Positions 19,924 to 27,040 of a DNA stretch of 48,731 bases are shown here, in pieces. The position numbers were made by a program, and so were the translations under genes. The stretch comes from a virus (lineage: Duplodnaviria > Caudoviricetes). Below the pieces are notes generated by a model. That model saw only the letters and a list, made by a program, of their open reading frames with translations, made no database searches and was not told where the DNA came from. Each line of letters begins with the position of its first letter. Within the stretch, counting starts at the first letter, position 1. The stretch is from positions 1 to 48,731 of IMG/VR virus record IMGVR_UViG_3300020446_000016; one strand, 5' to 3'.

Positions 19924-20904
19924 ATGACAGACCAAAAACGAGATACCGCAATTTTCATCAACGGCGGTGCTGGAAGGGTAATTTGTAGCATTCCTGCACT
20001 TGAAAAATTCGCTGAAGAAAATCCAGACGACAATTTTATTATTGTATGCGAAGGTGGAACTGACTTTTACAAAGGTCATAAATTATTACACGCAAAAGCA
20101 TACGACAATTGGCATAAAAATTTATTCCAAGAAAAATTAATTAACATGAATTTACTTACACCTGAGCCTTATAGGGTTTGGGAATACTACAATCAAAAAT
20201 GTAGTATTGCAGAAGCATATGATATTGAAATCAACGGCAAAGGCTTACGTGAAATTAATAAACCTCAAATTAGACTGTCAAGAGAAGAACTTGTTTTTGG
20301 TAAGAAGTTAGTTGATGAAGTAAAAGAAAAAACAGGTAAAGATAAAATTGTAGTATTCCAACCATATGGTAGAGCAGTAATGCATGACAACGGAATGATT
20401 ACAGACTGGAGCGGAAGAAGTTTTGAGGCAGAGAACGCCATTAATATTGTTAAAAAATTATCACACAAAGTTGGTGTAGTACATATGGCAGAGTTTGGTG
20501 TTGAATTTAACAAACACGGAATCAAACAACCTGTTGCTATGCCACAAGGTGCTAACTTAAGACAGTGGGCAGGAATAATTGCAAATGCAGATTACTTCTT
20601 AGGCTGTGATAGTGTTGGACAACATTTAGTTCATGCTATGGATAAAAAAGGTACAGTTGTAATTGGTTCTACATTTCCTGTAAACGTTTCATATCCTAAT
20701 GATAACAACTTAGATATTCTTGATATGGGTCAAGGAGCAAGAGTTTATTCTCCAATTAGAGTTACAGCAGATGAATATTCAGATAGACAAAATGATGGTG
20801 TAATGGGAATGAACGAAAAAATCGAAGACATTATTGTTGAGTCAGTAATGAATGGTATCAAAGGTAAAGAAAAAGTAGGTAAACGTTTCGAACAAGGTGA
20901 CTAA
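19924..20904 (+). CDS. GT9-like glycosyltransferase (heptosyltransferase-like, GT-B fold)
   Basis: GGAGRVICSIPAL near the N-terminus, VVFQP, and LRQWAGIIANADYFLGCDSVGQHLVHAMDKKGTVVIGST matching the GT9 C-terminal signature (AD..VG.DS...HLA.A...P.V.LFG.T). Confidence 0.7.
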   Translation: MTDQKRDTAIFINGGAGRVICSIPALEKFAEENPDDNFIIVCEGGTDFYKGHKLLHAKAYDNWHKNLFQEKLINMNLLTPEPYRVWEYYNQKCSIAEAYDIEINGKGLREINKPQIRLSREELVFGKKLVDEVKEKTGKDKIVVFQPYGRAVMHDNGMITDWSGRSFEAENAINIVKKLSHKVGVVHMAEFGVEFNKHGIKQPVAMPQGANLRQWAGIIANADYFLGCDSVGQHLVHAMDKKGTVVIGSTFPVNVSYPNDNNLDILDMGQGARVYSPIRVTADEYSDRQNDGVMGMNEKIEDIIVESVMNGIKGKEKVGKRFEQGD

Positions 20905-21740
20905 TGTCTAACAGACTGTTTACATTTGGTTGTTCATATACATCTTGGAACTGGCCTACATGGGCAGACTTCTACGCAAATGAATTTAGATATTACGAAA
21001 ACTGGGGTATGCCTGGTATAGGCAATCGTGGTATCGCAGATCGTGTTGTAGAATGTGATTTAAAAAATAATTTTAATGCAATGGATACTGTTGTTGTACA
21101 ATGGTCAAGTTACTTACGGCATGATTACAGAAGATTTGAAAAAGGACTTTTAGAAAGTTGGCAAACTAAAGGTAGTATTTTTAATTACAAAAATGAAAAT
21201 ATTTTTAATAAAGAATGGCAGGAAAAATTCTTTGATGAAAAAGCATATTTTCTAAATACTTTAAATGCAATATTACTTACAGAAGGATATTTAAAAAGTA
21301 AAGGTTGCAAATTTTATTTTACAAGCATTGGAAAATTAGAAACACTAGGTACAGATATACCACATCAAGCAGGACATGGAGAAAATTTACGTAATACTCC
21401 TGAACTATCTAATGCATGGGAAGAATATGATTTACAAGATTACAAATATATTTTTGATAAAGAACATTGGTTAGAACCAATTGGTTTATATGCTTGGAAT
21501 AGACCAGATCAACAATGGTGGTTTGAGGGCGATAATGGTGAAAAATGGATAGAATTACATCCTAGTCCTGAGCAACATTTAAATTATTGTGTTGATAATC
21601 TAAGCCACAAACTAAATGATAAAAGTGAAAATGCTCTAAATACAGTAAATTCAGTGAAAAAAGAAAATTACAAAGATACAATTAAAAACATAACCAATCT
21701 TAAAATTGAAGGTTGGGATAGAGAAGTAAGAGGATTATAA
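20904..21740 (+). CDS. SGNH/GDSL-like hydrolase or acyltransferase
   Basis: FGCSYT (block I), NWGMPGIGN (block II), VVVQWS, late HP motif (LHPSPEQH). Confidence 0.5.
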   Translation: MSNRLFTFGCSYTSWNWPTWADFYANEFRYYENWGMPGIGNRGIADRVVECDLKNNFNAMDTVVVQWSSYLRHDYRRFEKGLLESWQTKGSIFNYKNENIFNKEWQEKFFDEKAYFLNTLNAILLTEGYLKSKGCKFYFTSIGKLETLGTDIPHQAGHGENLRNTPELSNAWEEYDLQDYKYIFDKEHWLEPIGLYAWNRPDQQWWFEGDNGEKWIELHPSPEQHLNYCVDNLSHKLNDKSENALNTVNSVKKENYKDTIKNITNLKIEGWDREVRGL

Positions 21741-21741
21741 T

Positions 21742-23544
21742 ATGCCAGATAAAAAGCCAGTTTGGATTGCCGGTATTGCCAGAGGACACAACGGCGGCGT
21801 ATGTTTATTGAAAGATGGTGAAGTAGTATTTGCAATTGAAGAAGAAAGACTTACACGTCACAAGTATGACGGAGGTCCTTATGCTTCAATGATAAAAATT
21901 TTAGAATACACAGATCAAATTGATTTTTTAGTTGTAGCACATACACAAAATTTAGAATACACAGCAGGTAAAGTAGACTTTAGTGGAGACGATGTTTACA
22001 CAGGACTTGCACGTAAACTAGGATTAATTAAAAGACAACAGTACAATGGTAATCCGCATCCACAAGTTATTGACTTATCACATATACATCACAAACTTCA
22101 TGCCGCAACTGCTTTTTATAGATCAGGATTTGATGAAGCAGTAGCACTAATTGTTGATGGTGCTGGTACATTTATTGATTTAAATGTTGGTAATCAGCAA
22201 ACAACTGTTTGGGAAACAGAAACAATTTATGATTGTGCATACCCAGATAACTTTAAAACTTTATACAAACATTTAGGTACTAATGGTCCTTTATTAGGTT
22301 CCTGGATGCCTGAGTTTGATAGTAAAATGTATGACGAACCAGAAGACGCAAAGCACGAATTATTCTTAACAGAAAATGCAGGTATTGTTAAATCTTATGA
22401 AGCAGTTACTGAATACTGTGGCTTTAGTTTTATTGAAGCAGGTAAAACTATGGGACTATTTCCTTACGGAAAACCTAACAAAGACTGCCCAAAAATATTT
22501 AGAGAAGATACTTTACACCCCTTATCTGATAGAGAACTAATTGTACCAACATATCCAAATGGTGCTCATGTAAACTATAATCTGTTTGATTACTTGCAGA
22601 AGCACGAAGCAGATGATGTAACAACTTTACAAAACAGAAGAGACCTTGCGTATGCTGTACAAACAGAATCACAAGAACAAGTTACAAAATTAATACGCAA
22701 AGCAGTTGAAATGTCTGGCAAAAATAAAGTTGTAATTAGTGGAGGTTATGGATTAAATTGTGTTGCAAACTATCATTACTTAGGTGCATTAAAAGATGAA
22801 GGCATTGAAATATATGTTGAACCAGTAAGTAATGATGCAGGTACGGCAATGGGTGCGGCAATGTTAATGCACAGACGTTTAACAAAGAGTAATAAAGTTA
22901 ATCCACAAGTAGATACACTTTATGAAGGGCCTGCTTACTGTCATTCATTGAATGAACTTGATGCAGTTGTAGAAAAATATGGTGCTACAATTGAAGATGC
23001 AACCAATGAAGATGTTGTAAAACTTTTAAAAGATAGAAACATTGTTACTATATGGCAAGGACGTTCAGAGAATGGTCCACGTGCATTGGGTAACAGAACT
23101 ATTATGTATGATCCAAGTGATCCTGATGGTAAAGATCACGTAAACAAAGTAAAACGTAGAGAATATTTTAGACCATTTGCAGGTAGTATACTTGAAGAAG
23201 ATGCACATGATTGGTTTGATTTACGTGGTATGGATAATAGTCCTACTATGATGTATGCTGTAAATTGTCAACCAGGTATTGAAGAAAAAATTCCTAGCAT
23301 CATACACGTAGATGGAACTTGTAGAATACAAACTGTAAGTGAAAAACAAAATAAAAATTATTATAATCTAATAAAAGCATGGAAGAAAGAAACAGGATTG
23401 CCAATCATCTTTAATACTAGTTTTAATTTAGGAGGTGAACCATTAGTTGAAACTGTTGATGATGCTGTTCGTACACTTAAACATAGCGATATAGAATATT
23501 GTTATCTAGCAGAATATGGTAAACTTGTTACTCTTAAAAACTAA
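21742..23544 (+). CDS. O-carbamoyltransferase, NodU/CmcH/TobZ family
   Basis: 600 aa. EEERLTRHK, HHKLHA, DGAG, EAGKTMGL, GGYGLNCVAN, NDAG, GPRALGNR, VKRREYFRPFA, HVDGTCRIQTV, NTSFNLGGEPLV. Confidence 0.93.
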   Translation: MPDKKPVWIAGIARGHNGGVCLLKDGEVVFAIEEERLTRHKYDGGPYASMIKILEYTDQIDFLVVAHTQNLEYTAGKVDFSGDDVYTGLARKLGLIKRQQYNGNPHPQVIDLSHIHHKLHAATAFYRSGFDEAVALIVDGAGTFIDLNVGNQQTTVWETETIYDCAYPDNFKTLYKHLGTNGPLLGSWMPEFDSKMYDEPEDAKHELFLTENAGIVKSYEAVTEYCGFSFIEAGKTMGLFPYGKPNKDCPKIFREDTLHPLSDRELIVPTYPNGAHVNYNLFDYLQKHEADDVTTLQNRRDLAYAVQTESQEQVTKLIRKAVEMSGKNKVVISGGYGLNCVANYHYLGALKDEGIEIYVEPVSNDAGTAMGAAMLMHRRLTKSNKVNPQVDTLYEGPAYCHSLNELDAVVEKYGATIEDATNEDVVKLLKDRNIVTIWQGRSENGPRALGNRTIMYDPSDPDGKDHVNKVKRREYFRPFAGSILEEDAHDWFDLRGMDNSPTMMYAVNCQPGIEEKIPSIIHVDGTCRIQTVSEKQNKNYYNLIKAWKKETGLPIIFNTSFNLGGEPLVETVDDAVRTLKHSDIEYCYLAEYGKLVTLKN

Positions 23545-24182
23545 TGGATGGACTCAAAGAGGTACAGTACTTTGATAGTACTATATATTGGACTGACGAA
23601 TTAGATGGTTGTGGTAACACAATGGTCGATGATTTTCTCGACGCAACTGCATACATAACAAATAATAAACACTTCAACAATACTTTAGAAATGTTCAGTG
23701 GCCCAGGATACTGGGGATTTGGCTTGTTATTTTCCCAAATGACAGACAAATTAACTTTAAGTGATATTGAACTTAAAAATTCTTATGTAATTAATAAAAC
23801 AATTAGAGAAAACAAAGTAGAAACAAAAGCAAAGTTTGTTAACACATCTACTTTTAGTTCATTAAAAGAAGAAAAATTTGATCTAATTGTTGGTAATCCG
23901 CCACATTTTAATCATGATCCATATGTAGAACATTACAGTGAGCCAAGGAAATATAAGGATTTAGACTGGTCTATACACAAAAGTTTCTTTGAAAATGTAG
24001 GAAATTATCTTACAAATGATGGTACAATTATTCTAGCAGAAAATGTATGGGGATCTAGTCCAACTACATTTAAGCATATGATAGATGACGCAGATCTACA
24101 GATTATTGATCATTTTAAGAGTAAACAATACCCTTTAGATATGTGGTACTTGGCGGTTACTAGAAAAACCGCGGAGCGGTAA
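23544..24182 (+). CDS. Class I SAM-dependent methyltransferase (HemK/MTS-like, NPPH motif)
   Basis: LEMFSGPGYWG motif I, acidic residue at the end of beta-2 (SDIE), FDLIVGNPPH motif IV. Confidence 0.8.
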   Translation: MDGLKEVQYFDSTIYWTDELDGCGNTMVDDFLDATAYITNNKHFNNTLEMFSGPGYWGFGLLFSQMTDKLTLSDIELKNSYVINKTIRENKVETKAKFVNTSTFSSLKEEKFDLIVGNPPHFNHDPYVEHYSEPRKYKDLDWSIHKSFFENVGNYLTNDGTIILAENVWGSSPTTFKHMIDDADLQIIDHFKSKQYPLDMWYLAVTRKTAER

Positions 24183-24215
24183 AAACGGTTTTTTATAGCC
24201 GCGAAGCGGTAAAAA
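24168..24215. repeat. Two GC-rich direct repeats, each a GNA-triloop mini-hairpin
   Basis: CCGCGGAGCGGTAAAAA (24169-24185) and CCGCGAAGCGGTAAAAA (24199-24215), 30-nt period; each folds as CCGC-GRA-GCGG. Confidence 0.8.
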
Positions 24216-24252
24216 GCGGTGCAACGCAAAAATCGGTAAGCAGTTGACTATC

Positions 24253-24260
24253 GATAAATA
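24253..24260 (+). promoter_or_regulatory. T4-like late promoter box (GATAAATA)
   Basis: Followed by an AGAGGT RBS and ATG at 24278. Confidence 0.7.
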
Positions 24261-24277
24261 TACTAAAGAGGTAGATA

Positions 24278-25972
24278 ATGTTTGATATTACCAAGTATTT
24301 TAGACGTGGACAAAACAACACAATAGAATTCAGGAACGGTACTAACCTTAGTTATGCAGGGCCTACTGCTACACTTGTAGAGCAAGGAACTGAACTAGAT
24401 CGTTGGTATGTTGGTTCTTATTTCGGTGTGGAATATACCATTGCTTGTGACGTTAATTCAGAACGTAAAGAAATACTAAAATGCCTATGTACAGCAAGTA
24501 CAAGCACAGCAAATATTGTTATATATGGTCGTAGTAATCTAGGAAATGATTTAATTCAACTAGAAGTTGAAGTAACAGATGCTTACTTTAAACTTATGGC
24601 CTACCCAAGAGTACAAGATGATTCAACTGCAATTGAAGGGGCAAAGATCATTTATTCTGCAAACTATTATGCAACATTAAATGAGCCTGTGCCAATTATT
24701 GCAGGTTCAAGTTCAAGTGCTTATACATCAACTTATTCATTAAATCCAAGTACTACTTCAACTGCTGAAGCAGGTCAAACTGTATCAATTACACTTATTA
24801 CAACTAATGTACTTGCAGGAACTGTACTAGGATATACAATCAGTGGAGTACAAAGTGCAGATATAGGAGGTGCAAACCTTACAGGAAACTTTATTGTTGG
24901 TACAACTGATGCAATTAGTTTTCCTATTACAGCAGACCAAACCACAGAAGGTGCAGAAACTCTTACAATGATGCTAGACAATGGTGAAGCAACTTGTACG
25001 ATACAGATTCAAGATAGTTCAACTACTCCTGCACAAACTTACGCACTATCTACAGACAAAACTACTGCTAGTGAGGGAGATTCATTTACAATTACTCTAA
25101 CTACTACAAATATTGATAGTGGTACACTAGTTCCATATGAAATTACAGGTGTTAACAGTGAAGACATAGGTAATATTGCACTTACAGGAAACTTTGAAGT
25201 AGGCGTAACTGAAAGTTTAAATGTAACACTAACAGAAGATCAACTGACAGAAGGCACAGAAACTTTCCAAATCAGTTTATCACAGAATTCAGAAGTAACT
25301 GCCGCTGTGGCAATTACAGATTCAAGTACTGCACCTAACTTACCAAGTTATACATTGAATAGAAATGCAAGTCAAGTTAATGAAGGCGGTACAATTACAA
25401 TTACTCTTGTAACTTCTAATGTTGATGCAGGTACTACTGTACCTTATACTATTACAGGAATAGCAAGTGCAGACATAGGCGGAGCAAGTTTAACAGGAAA
25501 CTTTGTAACTGGATCTGTTGATGCTGTAAATTACACAGTCACAGCAGATGCTACAACTGAAGGCACTGAAACAATGACGTTTGCACTAGACAACGGCGAA
25601 GCACAAACTACTGTTGCTATTGCAGATACAAGTACTACACCAGGTGCAGGATATACTTTAACTGTAAGTAACACTTATTCAAGTGCATACACAATAGTTG
25701 GTACTGATGCTAACGGACAAGTTACAGGTAGTAACCCAACTATTACGATTGCTAGTGGTGATACACTTACATTAAACGTAAGTGCACCAGGTCATCCATT
25801 GTATATTAAAACAACAAATTCAACTGGTACAGGAAATCAAGTAACAGGTGCAACTGGTCAAGGTTCTTCAAGCGGTGCTGTGGTTTGGGATACCACAGGT
25901 ATTGCCGCAGGAACTTATCACTATAATTGTCAATTCCACGGTGCTATGCACGGTCTTATAGTGGTGACTTAA
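24278..25972 (+). CDS. Virion protein with three Calx-beta/Ig-like repeats and a C-terminal cupredoxin-like domain
   Basis: Three ~102-aa repeats (TITL.TTNV..GT...YTI.G..SADIGGA.LTGNF...AD.TTEG.ET...LDNGEA); C-terminal GHP...YHYNCQFHGAMHG. Confidence 0.7.
   Translation: MFDITKYFRRGQNNTIEFRNGTNLSYAGPTATLVEQGTELDRWYVGSYFGVEYTIACDVNSERKEILKCLCTASTSTANIVIYGRSNLGNDLIQLEVEVTDAYFKLMAYPRVQDDSTAIEGAKIIYSANYYATLNEPVPIIAGSSSSAYTSTYSLNPSTTSTAEAGQTVSITLITTNVLAGTVLGYTISGVQSADIGGANLTGNFIVGTTDAISFPITADQTTEGAETLTMMLDNGEATCTIQIQDSSTTPAQTYALSTDKTTASEGDSFTITLTTTNIDSGTLVPYEITGVNSEDIGNIALTGNFEVGVTESLNVTLTEDQLTEGTETFQISLSQNSEVTAAVAITDSSTAPNLPSYTLNRNASQVNEGGTITITLVTSNVDAGTTVPYTITGIASADIGGASLTGNFVTGSVDAVNYTVTADATTEGTETMTFALDNGEAQTTVAIADTSTTPGAGYTLTVSNTYSSAYTIVGTDANGQVTGSNPTITIASGDTLTLNVSAPGHPLYIKTTNSTGTGNQVTGATGQGSSSGAVVWDTTGIAAGTYHYNCQFHGAMHGLIVVT
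24731..25645 (+). repeat. Three tandem Calx-beta-like repeats (protein level)
   Basis: Units begin TYSLNPST, TYALSTDK and SYTLNRNA. Confidence 0.75.
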
Positions 25973-25977
25973 ATGCA

Positions 25978-25985
25978 GATAAATA
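25978..25985 (+). promoter_or_regulatory. T4-like late promoter box (GATAAATA)
   Basis: Followed by GGAGA and ATG at 26002. Confidence 0.7.
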
Positions 25986-26001
25986 CTATTGGAGAACAAA
26001 T

Positions 26002-27033
26002 ATGCCAGTCGTAAAGTCACCCTTTGAAGCACAACACGGATTTAAATCACCTGGATTTTCTGTTGATGATCAAGGTAATGTTACTTTAAAAAGTGTTACA
26101 TACACAGTTGTAGAAGAAACTGTTGATGTAAGCGGTGATTATCTATTACGTCAGGCAGGAAATGCCTTTACTGTAGACGGCATATATCAAGCAGGTTCTA
26201 CTACAGAATTACAGAGCAATCCTACACTTACTTTAACTAGAGGTAGCAGTTACGTTTTCAATTTATTTTTAAGAGTTACTAACCAAGCAGGACAAACACT
26301 TGGTGATTATTCATTCAACTTATTTGAACTTGCAGGCGGTACTTATACACTTTATGATCAAGGATTAAAGCACGTATCAAAAGACGGTTTAACAGAAAAA
26401 ACTGGCAACGAAGCACAAGGACAATTTGAAGGAAAAGTAACTTGGACTATACCAGATAATGCTCCAGCAACTATGGCATTTGGTGATTCAGATACTGATC
26501 CTATTTGTACACTTAACATTATTGATCCAACTGTTACAGGTATAGGTACATTTAGTAGAATTACAAGCACAGGTAATGTTACAGCAATTGGTGAAGATGC
26601 TGTAATTACTCTAAGTCCAACAGGACTAGACAGTCGTGTAAACATACAGCCAGAGGGTGGCGGTATGATCAGTAATGTTAGTATCGTATCAAATAGATTT
26701 GAAGCAGGTGGAGATGTACTACTTAATCCTACAGATGGATTAGTTGTACTAGCACCAACAGGATCAGGTGCAGTAGTTATTGTAAGACCACAGCATACAG
26801 GTACCATAGATAACATGGATATAGGTACAATTACTCCAGGTTCAGTAACCACAGATAATTTGGTATCGACCGGAGGAACTATAAATAGTACAGTAATAGG
26901 TAATACAAATCCTGCAGATGCGACTTTTTCTACAGGATCTATTATTGCTACACCTAGCAAGAAAACATCTATTACAAACAAAAAATATACGGATAGCAGG
27001 TCAGTTGCTATGGCAGTTGCATTTGGAGTTTAA
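26002..27033 (+). CDS. Virion structural / fibre-like protein with a degenerate cupredoxin-like module
   Basis: Start re-called to MPVVKSPF (promoter plus RBS). NPTLTLTRG.SYVF...VTWTIPDNAPAT; GTIDN/GTINSTVIG fibre repeats; ends NKKYTD..SVAMAVAFGV. Confidence 0.65.
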   Translation: MPVVKSPFEAQHGFKSPGFSVDDQGNVTLKSVTYTVVEETVDVSGDYLLRQAGNAFTVDGIYQAGSTTELQSNPTLTLTRGSSYVFNLFLRVTNQAGQTLGDYSFNLFELAGGTYTLYDQGLKHVSKDGLTEKTGNEAQGQFEGKVTWTIPDNAPATMAFGDSDTDPICTLNIIDPTVTGIGTFSRITSTGNVTAIGEDAVITLSPTGLDSRVNIQPEGGGMISNVSIVSNRFEAGGDVLLNPTDGLVVLAPTGSGAVVIVRPQHTGTIDNMDIGTITPGSVTTDNLVSTGGTINSTVIGNTNPADATFSTGSIIATPSKKTSITNKKYTDSRSVAMAVAFGV

Positions 27034-27040
27034 ATTATAA

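Noticed and set aside
24168-24215. Mini-CRISPR array
   Set aside because: Only two 17-nt repeats with a 13-nt spacer, and no cas genes.
25927-26001. Upstream extension of the ORF called at 25927
   Set aside because: Overlaps the previous gene and spans the late box and RBS; ATG 26002 is the better start.
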